NCBI GenBank assembly: GCA_028285795.1 | Contig: JAPYNL010000053.1 | Coordinates: 1 to 44,560 of the forward strand | Direction of reading: 5' to 3' | Length of the DNA: 44,560 nucleotides | From: Arenicellales bacterium | GTDB taxonomy: Bacteria; Pseudomonadota; Gammaproteobacteria; Arenicellales; Poriferihabitantaceae | In this document: positions 1-9,208 of the stretch, piece after piece | Layout: every line of letters starts with the position of its first letter | Numbering within the stretch: position 1 is the first letter of the stretch | Notes under the pieces: generated by a model | The model's input: only the letters and a program-made list of their open reading frames with translations | What the model was told of the DNA's origin: nothing | Database searches by the model: none | Program-made: the position numbers and the translations under genes

Positions 1-1
1 G

Positions 2-817
2 CCAACGCTTAGCCTTCTGGTGCGACAACTCGAAGAGGCAATTGGTACACCGCTGTTTTCGCGAAGCACCCGTCATGTTGCCTTAACCGGCATGGGCAGG
101 GAATTCCTGCCGAGAGCAGATCAGGCTGTCAATGCCGTCTACTCTGCCGTCAGCCACATGCAGGACTATGTTCACCTGAAAAAGGGCAAGGTCACAATAG
201 CCGCCTTTCCCTCTGTTGCGACAAGACTGCTGCCGGGCATTGTCTCCAAGTTCAAGCGGGCAAATCCGAATGTAACCGTGAGCATTCTCGACGGCATTGC
301 GGACTTCATCGTAGAGCGACTTCAATCAGGGGCTGCAGACTTTGCCATTGCCAGTGAGCTGAATGAAGAAGATCTTGAGTTCATCCCCATTTTCGAGGAT
401 GGCATCATCCTGCTGCTTGGCAAGGACCATGATCTCGCACACCGAAAGTCGGTGGCATGGCGAGAGTTTATCGGTGAACATGTGGTGACAGTGTCCATGG
501 AAACAGGCATCCGTCAAACCATTGATGAAGCCCTTGCCAAGGAAGGCCTGAAACTGAAAGCCATCATTGAACCGCAGATGATCCAGACAGTGATGGCCTT
601 ATGCGAAGCCGGAATCGGGCCCGGCATAGTCCTGTCTTCCTATCTGCAGGATGCGCCGCCCGGCCTTGTCGCCATCAAGGTTCGTGAACCGGTCATCCGG
701 CACCGGATCGGCATCATCAAGCGGACTTCCACGGTGCTGACACCTGCCGCTTCTGCCCTGTTTTCCCTGACCGCTGAACGATTGTCAGATACTGCAAGCA
801 ACCGCATCGCGGCATGA
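2..817 (+). CDS. LysR-family transcriptional regulator (5'-truncated by window edge)
   Basis: Frame is open from base 2 (PTLSLLVRQLEEAIGTPLFSRSTRHVALT, end of the LysR HTH), followed by a substrate-binding domain (GKVTIAAFPS...LLPGIVSKFKRANPNV). Confidence 0.93.
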   Translation, partial: PTLSLLVRQLEEAIGTPLFSRSTRHVALTGMGREFLPRADQAVNAVYSAVSHMQDYVHLKKGKVTIAAFPSVATRLLPGIVSKFKRANPNVTVSILDGIADFIVERLQSGAADFAIASELNEEDLEFIPIFEDGIILLLGKDHDLAHRKSVAWREFIGEHVVTVSMETGIRQTIDEALAKEGLKLKAIIEPQMIQTVMALCEAGIGPGIVLSSYLQDAPPGLVAIKVREPVIRHRIGIIKRTSTVLTPAASALFSLTAERLSDTASNRIAA

Positions 818-944
818 CCGGATAAAAACGGAACCCGCTGCTTCAGAGCAGGGATGGAGCATGTTTCATTGCCGACTTCGCATCATTCAGGTCATGCCAA
901 CCTCAACATTCGGTGAAAGAAGGTATTCGGCAATCGCCCTCTCC

Positions 945-1362
945 TTACCTCCCGTAGGCTTCAAATCCAGCATTACTGCACTTTGTTGCTATTGTTGTGA
1001 CATGCCCTGTTCCCCCTGTTCCCGTGCTTTCTGAACGTGCAGAGCGCGCATAACAAAAAAGAGCGTCTGATGGCAACTCTACCTTGATGACATCTGCCCC
1101 GACACCTCCGAAATAGCGGGCAGTAAAAAGGCCAAGCTCAATCGTTGTCAGTCCAATACCCTCAAATCCTTCAGCAAATAATACGCTTTCGATCTCCACT
1201 CGCGCCCGAGCACCTCATGGCACCTGGGTCGATAGACAACCGGAACACGGGGGCGTTTCCCGATTCAGCTCGTATGGGCAGCCTAGAACGAGCCATAGAA
1301 CCAGATTCTATAAAGAAGTCAAGATATGAAGCAGAAATCTCTTCGAGCGTGGCTGGAGTCAT
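945..1362 (-). pseudogene. Degraded CaiB/BaiF (family III CoA-transferase) fragment
   Basis: ORF 945-1199 carries TIELG...LFTARYFGGVGADVIKVE, the N-terminal CaiB motif. The upstream frame (1171-1362) has APVFRLSIDPGAMR, resembling the CaiB C-terminal PxRLSxTPG motif. Both pieces are short and out of frame with each other. Confidence 0.6.
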
Positions 1363-1408
1363 TTATGAGCCATTTTCACCACCATAAAATTTGACGGACC
1401 ACCTTCAG

Positions 1409-3343
1409 TTACGATTTTTGAAAATGTGGTGAAGGATATTGGTTTTCTGGTGTAAATTCAGTATCGTATTTTGGGTAATCGGAATCAGGATTGAAGCCAT
1501 TATTGAAAACACCGTTGGAATTCTTCAATATGTGAATTGTGGCATCAAGTGCCATCCTCAAGGCCGGTTCGGTCCACCCTCCCTCAACGCTATAATTCTC
1601 TCCTGCAAAATAAATGCGGGAATTCTTGCTATGCGTCTGGTTGTAGGCTAACAACGAATAATTCTGTGACCAATTTCTCTGACGATACAACTTGGCACAC
1701 CCGTGATAATAATGTTGAGTTGACCAGTGAATGATTGTTGGACCGCTGTCCAAGTCGACGTATTGACTGATTGACTCTCCAACAGTGGAATTGCAGACTT
1801 CATCTAGCTTCTCAATCATGAATGGGCCAAGAAAGTCCCCATCAAAAGGCAATAACTTGGTAGCGTCGTCTTCCCATGTGTAACTCACCAGCAATACGCC
1901 ATGTTCACCTGTTTCGTCTGACCACTTAACACCATATGCATCCTGTACATACTCGTCGGTGATGATGATCTGCGGAATTTTTGATACACCGTTTTCCCAG
2001 TAAGTCTCTTTCAACTTATAGAACACTTTGCAACTTGTAATAATGTGCTGGGAGTTGCGGGCAGATAATACCGACGAAGGCATTTGGGATTGATCAAATC
2101 CAGTCAGCTTGACATTCAACTCCGAAGCCCAAAGCGTTGGTGTAATCACTACATAATCAACTTCGTATGATTTATCGACTCCAACTTCGTTAACTTTCAT
2201 CTGGATCTTTCCGGTTGAAGAATTTTTCTGCAATTCTTCAACCAGTGTTTCAACCAGTATTCTTACTTTTGGATTGGATTGTTTGGATTTATCATAGAGA
2301 GATAAATCAGATGCGGGTGGGGGCGCATAGAACAACCACTCATCCAGAGACTGAATACCTTTGTAAAGTGGGGGCTCAAGCTTATTCCCATTGCTATCCG
2401 TAACATCAGCATTGTAATATGGCAAGCCAGATTTGTCGGTAATGCCAACTACCGTCTGCAGATTACTGTTGAAGCCAAACATTACGCACCTGATGAACCA
2501 CATCGAACTCGCCTCATAAAACGCTCCCCAACTTCCATCTCCAGACCCAATTAGCGCAAAGATTTCCGCTTGGTCATCATCCATTCCAAATCCGCCAAAC
2601 CAACCATCATTTTGATAATCGGTAATGGCAGGGGTATAAACCAGATCATTTACATTCATCTGTTCATAGTTATTCGACACATCTCTCCAGAAGTCCTGCC
2701 ATCCAGTCCCATCATATAATTCACCAGCTGCCTTGGTGAAGATGGTGATAAAAGCAGATACCTTTTCATAAACCTCTTTGAGTTTTTCATTATCTGGAGG
2801 AGATGGATTCGATGGGTCATAAGGCCAATCAATTAATGTCGGTTTCGAGTATTCGTTATCGGGTCCGTAACCTTTGTTGATGTAGATTCCAGTATTGCCC
2901 GGTGCCGCACCAGGATTGGGAAAATTCTTCAGGGTACAGCCGCTTTCGACCTTGATGTAATACTCGGATATGCAGTTTTGATCACCGGGTTTGGAGAAAA
3001 ATGGAAACCGCATTGCCCCCATTTCCATGTCGGTTACACCATCGGTGTGCACGGTGTAATGTCTGCCACAAATTCGGCCGCTAGCTTCACATAGTATGAT
3101 TTTGTATCCGCAGCGAGAGAGTTCTCTTGCCGCCGCAATCCCCGCAACACCGGCACCCACTATACCGATAGTTGGTGGATTGGTCGGATTGGGTGCGCTC
3201 CCGATGGCGTTCTTGTTTTCTCTTGCAAGGGATAATAGCTGGAAGTAATTGAAACGAAAATCAGGTGGGCTGGGGTATGCAGGAAGCCATTCATTAGCAG
3301 GCTTTCTTCCGCATTGTATTGGTATATTGAATAAAGCTCTCAT
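1409..3343 (-). CDS. Flavin monoamine-oxidase-family protein, similar to amino-acid (Trp/Lys/Phe) 2-monooxygenases
   Basis: FAD-binding IGIVGAGVAG...EASGRICGR, EMGAMRFP, LLVSYTWEDDA, and C-terminal IYFAGENYSVEGGWTEPAL; 644 aa; visibly AT-richer than its flanks. Confidence 0.85.
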   Translation of the reverse strand: MRALFNIPIQCGRKPANEWLPAYPSPPDFRFNYFQLLSLARENKNAIGSAPNPTNPPTIGIVGAGVAGIAAARELSRCGYKIILCEASGRICGRHYTVHTDGVTDMEMGAMRFPFFSKPGDQNCISEYYIKVESGCTLKNFPNPGAAPGNTGIYINKGYGPDNEYSKPTLIDWPYDPSNPSPPDNEKLKEVYEKVSAFITIFTKAAGELYDGTGWQDFWRDVSNNYEQMNVNDLVYTPAITDYQNDGWFGGFGMDDDQAEIFALIGSGDGSWGAFYEASSMWFIRCVMFGFNSNLQTVVGITDKSGLPYYNADVTDSNGNKLEPPLYKGIQSLDEWLFYAPPPASDLSLYDKSKQSNPKVRILVETLVEELQKNSSTGKIQMKVNEVGVDKSYEVDYVVITPTLWASELNVKLTGFDQSQMPSSVLSARNSQHIITSCKVFYKLKETYWENGVSKIPQIIITDEYVQDAYGVKWSDETGEHGVLLVSYTWEDDATKLLPFDGDFLGPFMIEKLDEVCNSTVGESISQYVDLDSGPTIIHWSTQHYYHGCAKLYRQRNWSQNYSLLAYNQTHSKNSRIYFAGENYSVEGGWTEPALRMALDATIHILKNSNGVFNNGFNPDSDYPKYDTEFTPENQYPSPHFQKS

Positions 3344-3537
3344 ATCGACAATCCGAATTTAGAAGGTTCAATAATTTCCTCTCTATGGAATTTTATTACC
3401 CCGTTAATTCAAGTCGGGGGTGCAACACTCCGAAGGAGTGGAATTGGGGTTACTTTTTAATACGATTCCCTTATAATTTTACTCAGAAAAATCATGACAA
3501 AAAGAATCCCTGCTTCCAAATGGCATTTTAGCATTCC

Positions 3538-5097
3538 ATGACTTGGTTTATTGTTTTTATCATTGCGATCGTAGTAACGATTATTGTTATTACTGTTTTC
3601 GGGCGCTTTTACCACAAGGGATCACGTGAAAAAGCATTGATAAGAACCGGAGCCGGTGGACAGAAAATCGTCATGGATGGCGGTTGTCTCGTGTTGCCGT
3701 TCCTGCATCAGGTCGAACTGGTAGATATGAGAACAGCCTATATGGAATTGCTGCTGGAGAAAAATGATTCCATTCTCACAGAGGATCGAATGCGCGTTGA
3801 CCTCAACGTCGCGTTTCATGTACGCGTCATTCCCAGCATTGAAGGCATTGCCACTGCATCCCAGACTGTCGGCGTCAGATCCTTGAACCCCGAGCGACTG
3901 ACCGACTTTCTTAAAGGTAGGTTCATCGATGCCCTGCAAAGCGTTGTAGCTCAGCATACTATGGATAATCTGCATGAAAACCGTGCTCAGTTTGTAGCAA
4001 AAACCACCGCAATATTGAAGCCAAGTCTCGAAGAAAACGGACTCAAGCTTGAGTCCGTGTCCCTGATGAGGCTGGACCAAACAGAGTTTTCCACACTGAA
4101 TGAAAACAACGCATTCAATGCGGTTGGCATGAGGAAGCTGGCAGAAATCGTGACCGCAAACCGACGCAAACGCAAGGAAGTAGAGTCGAATGCCGATCTG
4201 GCCATACGAAGAACCGAGCTTGAAAATACAAAGAGTCGCATGCTGATTGATTTGGAAAAGGAAAAGGCCGAATCCGAAAAAACCATGGAAGTAGAACAGT
4301 TAAAGTCAGAAATGACCCGCCGCTCTTCCCACGAACGAGAGCAGGCAGAAATCGCATCAGGCCAGGCAAAACTGAATCGGGAGCTTGAACTCAGACGTTC
4401 CGAAATCGATCGAGACCAGCAAGTGAGAAAAGCCGAGGTTGTGGCACTTCAATCTGTCGAAGATGCCAGAATTCAAAGCCAGATCGAACTGTCCCAGCGC
4501 AGGGTCGAGGAATCCCAGGCCAAGGCCGATGCTGAATCAAGTCGCAAGGCAATCGTCGAAGCAGAAGAAGAGGTCAATCTTTTGCAGGACCGTCTGACAG
4601 CACAAAGAACCGGGGAAATCGCCCAAATAACAGCAGAGCTGGAATCCACAACCGCTCTTCACAAGGCACAAAGCGCAGCGGAAATCTCACATATCAATTC
4701 TGAAAGCGAAAAGGCTTCGGCCGACCTTGTCCAGGAACAAATCAAAAATGAAATGTCGATCAAAGCACTTGGTAAGCTTGAAATGATCAATGCCGAAAAC
4801 GCCATGAATCCCACATTGGTAGAGATGAAACTCGAAGAGAAGAGGCTAAGCGTACTTCCGGACATGGCAGACAGGATGTCACGGCCCCTGGAAAAAATCG
4901 GAAATATTAATATTAACCATGTCGCAGGACTGGGATCCGGATCGAACAACGGCAATCAGTCTGCAAAAACCGGATCAATTGTCGACGAGGTCCTTGACCT
5001 TGCTTTTCGAATGCCTGCCGTCAAGAAGCTTGGTGAAGCGGTTGGTTCCGAGATTACGGGACCAAGGAAAAAAGACGAGCCCGACAGAGGGAAATAA
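3538..5097 (+). CDS. Flotillin/SPFH (band 7) family membrane protein, YqiK-like
   Basis: N-terminal TM helix, ALIRTGAGGQKIVMDGG, SPFH core (TEDRMRVD, NGLKLESVSL, LDQT, NNAFNAVG), long E/A/R-rich coiled coil, PLEKIGNINI tail. Confidence 0.9.
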   Translation: MTWFIVFIIAIVVTIIVITVFGRFYHKGSREKALIRTGAGGQKIVMDGGCLVLPFLHQVELVDMRTAYMELLLEKNDSILTEDRMRVDLNVAFHVRVIPSIEGIATASQTVGVRSLNPERLTDFLKGRFIDALQSVVAQHTMDNLHENRAQFVAKTTAILKPSLEENGLKLESVSLMRLDQTEFSTLNENNAFNAVGMRKLAEIVTANRRKRKEVESNADLAIRRTELENTKSRMLIDLEKEKAESEKTMEVEQLKSEMTRRSSHEREQAEIASGQAKLNRELELRRSEIDRDQQVRKAEVVALQSVEDARIQSQIELSQRRVEESQAKADAESSRKAIVEAEEEVNLLQDRLTAQRTGEIAQITAELESTTALHKAQSAAEISHINSESEKASADLVQEQIKNEMSIKALGKLEMINAENAMNPTLVEMKLEEKRLSVLPDMADRMSRPLEKIGNININHVAGLGSGSNNGNQSAKTGSIVDEVLDLAFRMPAVKKLGEAVGSEITGPRKKDEPDRGK

Positions 5098-5168
5098 TCA
5101 ACGAACATCCAGGATCAGTATCTGACGACACTGATTTGCAAATTAAAAATGAAGAGGTAATATAAATC

Positions 5169-6404
5169 ATGAATATCAAAAGACGACAATTCATCAAGGG
5201 TGCAGGCGCAGCAAGTGCGGCAATATTTGCGCCACAACTTTCGTTCTCCATGAGCGAGCCGATCAAGATGGGAGTTCTGCTTGACACTTCAGGCCCGTTC
5301 AGTGCCTACGGAACACCCATGGAAATGGCGACCAGCCTGGCCGTCAAGCAAATCAATGATGGAGGGGGATTGCTAGGCCGTGAAGTCGAGGTTGTCTTCC
5401 GCGACACCCAGTCGGACATGAATAACTATTCGACTTTCGCAAATCAACTGGTACGCGAGGGACTTGACGTATTTCATGGCGGCATCCTATCTGCATCCAG
5501 AGAGGCAATTCGACAAATTCTGCGTCAACGAGGCGTACCCTATTTCTATAACGTTCTGTATGAAGGTGGGGTATGTGATCGAAACACCTTTATTACCGGA
5601 ACTACTCCTGCACAGCAGGTTAATGCACTGATTCCATATGCAATGAACAAGTATGGTACAGCGAAAGCATATGTTCTTGCCGCCAACTACAACTACGGAC
5701 AGATAACCGCTGCATGGGTAAACGAGTATGCAAGAGCGAACGGTGCCAGTGAAGTCGAGGTCGAGTTTTTTGACCTGGCAGATGGTGAGTTCGGTCCTTC
5801 CGCGATCGCAAAAATTCAGGAAGCCGGCAGCGATTTGGTTGTATCAGTGCTTGTTGGTGCCGCTCACTTGAGCTTCTATGGGCATTGGGCAGAAACCGGC
5901 ATGAACCAAAATCCTAATGTCCACCTGATTTCGACCACATTCGGAGTCGGCAATGAGCACAAGGTTCTACCGGCAAATCAGAGCGATGGCATGCTAATCG
6001 CCAACAACTGGGCTCCCGAAAATCCGTCCGTTCCTGAAAACAAGGCGTTTCTTGCTGATTGGACTCGGGAATATGGCGACACCGAAGCAATTCACGAAAT
6101 TGCTGTTTCACAATATCAGGGCATCCACCTCTGGGCTGAAGCTGTTCGACAGGCTGGAGCGGTTGATCGGGATTCCATTACCAAGACTCTTGAAAATGGT
6201 CTTGCAATCAATGGGCCCGCGGGCGTGGTGAAAATGGATCCCCTGACCCACCATTGCTCTCTTGATATCCACATTATGGAGCTAAACAATCAGAAACTGG
6301 ATGTTGTTCAGAAATTCGAACAGCGTGAACCTCTTGACACCCGGCGTTTCTGCAACCTGTCCGAAAATCCGGATTCCAATCTCCAGTACGAAATAACCCT
6401 GTAG
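5169..6404 (+). CDS. Amide/urea-type ABC transporter substrate-binding protein (UrtA/AmiC/FmdD family) with Tat signal
   Basis: KRRQFIK twin-arginine signal; PIKMGVL, GGLLGREVE, GGILSASREAIR, YFYNVLYEGG, ANYNYG motifs; GAGG RBS upstream. Confidence 0.9.
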   Translation: MNIKRRQFIKGAGAASAAIFAPQLSFSMSEPIKMGVLLDTSGPFSAYGTPMEMATSLAVKQINDGGGLLGREVEVVFRDTQSDMNNYSTFANQLVREGLDVFHGGILSASREAIRQILRQRGVPYFYNVLYEGGVCDRNTFITGTTPAQQVNALIPYAMNKYGTAKAYVLAANYNYGQITAAWVNEYARANGASEVEVEFFDLADGEFGPSAIAKIQEAGSDLVVSVLVGAAHLSFYGHWAETGMNQNPNVHLISTTFGVGNEHKVLPANQSDGMLIANNWAPENPSVPENKAFLADWTREYGDTEAIHEIAVSQYQGIHLWAEAVRQAGAVDRDSITKTLENGLAINGPAGVVKMDPLTHHCSLDIHIMELNNQKLDVVQKFEQREPLDTRRFCNLSENPDSNLQYEITL

Positions 6405-6560
6405 ATAATCCCGGACAGGGTTGTTTCCGAGGTTGGTAACATTACTTGCCTCTCTTTGTGAGATGAGACATTGCTTCAAGTTTGCTGTTGGGACACAGCC
6501 TCAGCTCACTCTGTTTGCACCCTATCTCTTGAAATAAAGGAGCAGATGTACACTTTCTGA

Positions 6561-7436
6561 TTGCTTGAAGTGGATATCACAGTCATATTCATCCTGCAGA
6601 TACTGTATGCCACGACATTGCTGGCACTGATTTCTTTCGGACTCGCGTTGATATTCGGAATGATGCGTGTCATCAATCTGGCTCATGGAGAATTTCTGAC
6701 GCTAGGTGCCTACGCAACAATCCTTGCTACCAAAATGGGTGTCAACTTGTGGGTATCCATGCTTGTTGTTTCTCCGCTGGTGGTTGGCCTATGGAGCTTG
6801 ATTGTTGAACGTTTTCTCATTCGGTTTATGTATGGCAGACTGGTTTATACGATGCTCGCAACCTGGGGATTAAGCCTCGCCATGGCTGGAGCGATGACCA
6901 TGATTTTTGGGACCACAACCGAAGGTGTCTCGGCTCAGGCAGGATCTTTTTCGATCGGCACTTATCAGGCAAGTGTGTACAGTCTTTTTGTTATTGGAGT
7001 TACGATTGTTGTAGCGACCGGAATTGCCCTCGCCCTGTTTGGCTCAAATTACGGACGAGTCGCTCGTGCAGCAATGGAAAATCGAGAAATGGTCGAGGCT
7101 TTCGGATATCCAATTAACCAGGTGTACATGTGGACCTTTGTCGCCGGCGGCATGCTGGCCGGATTGGCCGGCGGTATCTTGGCGCCTACAACAGGAATCT
7201 CGCCCTACAGCGGAAGTACCTGGATAGCAGATGCCTTCATCACGGTTATTACCGGGGGAACCGGTTCGGTAATGGGCACACTGGCAAGTGCCGGCATTCT
7301 GGGCTCGGTATCTTCAATCACTTCATTCATTTTCAGTTCTGCATCCGGCGGTGTTGCCTTGCTGGTTGCCGCACTCGTGATTCTGCGTATTTTCCCAACT
7401 GGAATATCCAGCCTGTGGCAACAACGTAACCGATGA
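6561..7436 (+). CDS. ABC transporter permease (UrtB/LivH family)
   Basis: GLALIFGMMRVINLAHGEF motif; hydrophobic; TTG start is uncertain. Confidence 0.9.
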   Translation: MLEVDITVIFILQILYATTLLALISFGLALIFGMMRVINLAHGEFLTLGAYATILATKMGVNLWVSMLVVSPLVVGLWSLIVERFLIRFMYGRLVYTMLATWGLSLAMAGAMTMIFGTTTEGVSAQAGSFSIGTYQASVYSLFVIGVTIVVATGIALALFGSNYGRVARAAMENREMVEAFGYPINQVYMWTFVAGGMLAGLAGGILAPTTGISPYSGSTWIADAFITVITGGTGSVMGTLASAGILGSVSSITSFIFSSASGGVALLVAALVILRIFPTGISSLWQQRNR

Positions 7437-8470
7437 CTTTCGGTCAAAACAATTTCACCAGGAGCATGCTGGCCCCATTGCTGACGGCAATTCCCGTGAT
7501 TGTGATTGCACCGGCGATTCTGCAGCCATTTGCACTTGCACAGCTGTCGATTTTCGCTCTACTGGCTTTGAGTCTTGGCTTAATCTGGGGGTACGGTGGT
7601 ATTTTGTGTTTTGGGCAAGGCGCTTTTTTCGGCATCGGAGCCTATTCCTATGTGATTCTGGTAACTAATCTGTCACTGCCCTGGACTTCCCTGATACTGG
7701 CAATCTGCTGCACGATGATCGTTGCGGCATGTCTCGGCCTGGTCATGTTTTACGGAAGACTGGGGGATGTATATCTCGCAATTGTCACATTGGTCTTTAC
7801 CCTCATTCTGAATCGGTTCATGAATGCAACCGCCGGTCCTGAATATCAAATTGGATCTGCCAGACTTGGAGGATTCAATGGTATTCCAGGTTTCGAAGTG
7901 CTGAAACTGCCCTGGAGTGATTTACTGTTCATGCCTGATATACTGTTCTTCTACATTTGCTTTGGCATCCTCATCATGGCCTGGATTTTTTGCCGCTGGT
8001 TGTTGAGAACCCATTTCGGACGTGTGATGATCGCAATACGTGAAAATGAAAGAAAGGTCGAGTTTGCCGGTTATGACACTCGACTACACAAGACCATTTC
8101 CTTCGCTATTGGCGGCGGTCTCGCAGGAATGGCGGGCGTGTTGTATGCAAATTGGGCCGGTATTGTGACGCCAAATCTGTTCAGCCTGACCCAATCTGCA
8201 GAAATCATCATATGGACTATTGTGGGTGGGATCGGTACACTAATCGGCCCGATCATCGGTGCCATCTTGCTGGTATTTCTGAAACTGCTACTCGGATACC
8301 AGAGTGTTGTGGATAATTATTTCCTACTCGGCGTTCTCTTGATCCTTGTGGTAATTTGGTTTCCTAACGGCATTGCCGGTGCTGCCGCGCAATCAAGATT
8401 CATGAGTAGGACCGCGGTCAAAAAATGGAAGACCCATTCAAATCGAACCATGAACGCCAGGCGAAGTTGA
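7433..8470 (+). CDS. ABC transporter permease (UrtC/LivM family)
   Basis: LIWGYGGILCFGQGAFFG, GGFNGI, FGRVMIAIRENE, VGGIGTLIGPIIGA; ATGA overlap with the upstream gene. Confidence 0.9.
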   Translation: MTFGQNNFTRSMLAPLLTAIPVIVIAPAILQPFALAQLSIFALLALSLGLIWGYGGILCFGQGAFFGIGAYSYVILVTNLSLPWTSLILAICCTMIVAACLGLVMFYGRLGDVYLAIVTLVFTLILNRFMNATAGPEYQIGSARLGGFNGIPGFEVLKLPWSDLLFMPDILFFYICFGILIMAWIFCRWLLRTHFGRVMIAIRENERKVEFAGYDTRLHKTISFAIGGGLAGMAGVLYANWAGIVTPNLFSLTQSAEIIIWTIVGGIGTLIGPIIGAILLVFLKLLLGYQSVVDNYFLLGVLLILVVIWFPNGIAGAAAQSRFMSRTAVKKWKTHSNRTMNARRS

Positions 8471-8482
8471 CAGGTTATTCCA

Positions 8483-9208
8483 GTGTCAAATCTCGCCGTA
8501 CTTCAAGTTGAGGATCTGGTTGTCAAGTTTGGCGGCGTGGCTGCTGTTGACGGCGTCGACTTTATCCTCAACAGAAACGAGCTGCGCTGTTTGATTGGAC
8601 CCAACGGAGCTGGAAAAAGCACCTTGTTCAAGGCCATCGCCGGCCTGGTCCGTCCCATGTCCGGCAGAATCTGGGTCAAGGGTAATGAAATAACTCATTT
8701 GCCGCCGCATCTCGTATCACGACGGGGAATCAGCGTCAAAACGCAAGTACCAAGCCTGCTGGAAGGGCTGTCGGTTTATGAAAATCTCTGGATTGTTGCC
8801 AGACGAAAGTATCTCCGTCAAAGCTGCCGGAAAATTATCGAACCAATCATGGAAGATATCGGTATTGGAAAAGATTCTGAGACCATCGTTAACACCATGG
8901 CGCATGGCAGAAGACAGCTGGTTGAGTTTGCAACAGCCTTGATTGCAAAACCTTCCATCATGCTTCTTGATGAACCGGCAGCCGGTCTGTCGGAGGAAGA
9001 GGTTATAGATTTTGCAAAGCTATTGCGTACCCTACCCTCGCAGATGTCATTGCTGGTGGTTGAACACAACATGAAATTTGTACGCATGGTTGCCAAACAG
9101 GTCAGTGTCCTTCATAAAGGACGAATCCTGATCTCGGGAGATCCAGACTTTGTGTTCAATGATGCGAAAGTTCAGGAAGTGTATCTTGGCAAAGAGGCAA
9201 CCGCATGA
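8483..9208 (+). CDS. ABC transporter ATP-binding protein (UrtD/LivG family)
   Basis: Walker A GPNGAGKST, Walker B MLLDEPAAG, VVEHNM, VQEVYLG end. Confidence 0.92.
   Translation: MSNLAVLQVEDLVVKFGGVAAVDGVDFILNRNELRCLIGPNGAGKSTLFKAIAGLVRPMSGRIWVKGNEITHLPPHLVSRRGISVKTQVPSLLEGLSVYENLWIVARRKYLRQSCRKIIEPIMEDIGIGKDSETIVNTMAHGRRQLVEFATALIAKPSIMLLDEPAAGLSEEEVIDFAKLLRTLPSQMSLLVVEHNMKFVRMVAKQVSVLHKGRILISGDPDFVFNDAKVQEVYLGKEATA

Noticed and set aside
1409-3343. Naming the oxidase iaaM
   Set aside because: The motifs support the family only; substrate specificity cannot be determined by eye.
3515-3537. Possible sigma54 promoter (tggcat...) before the flotillin gene
   Set aside because: The GG-N10-GC spacing is not met and the site abuts the start codon.
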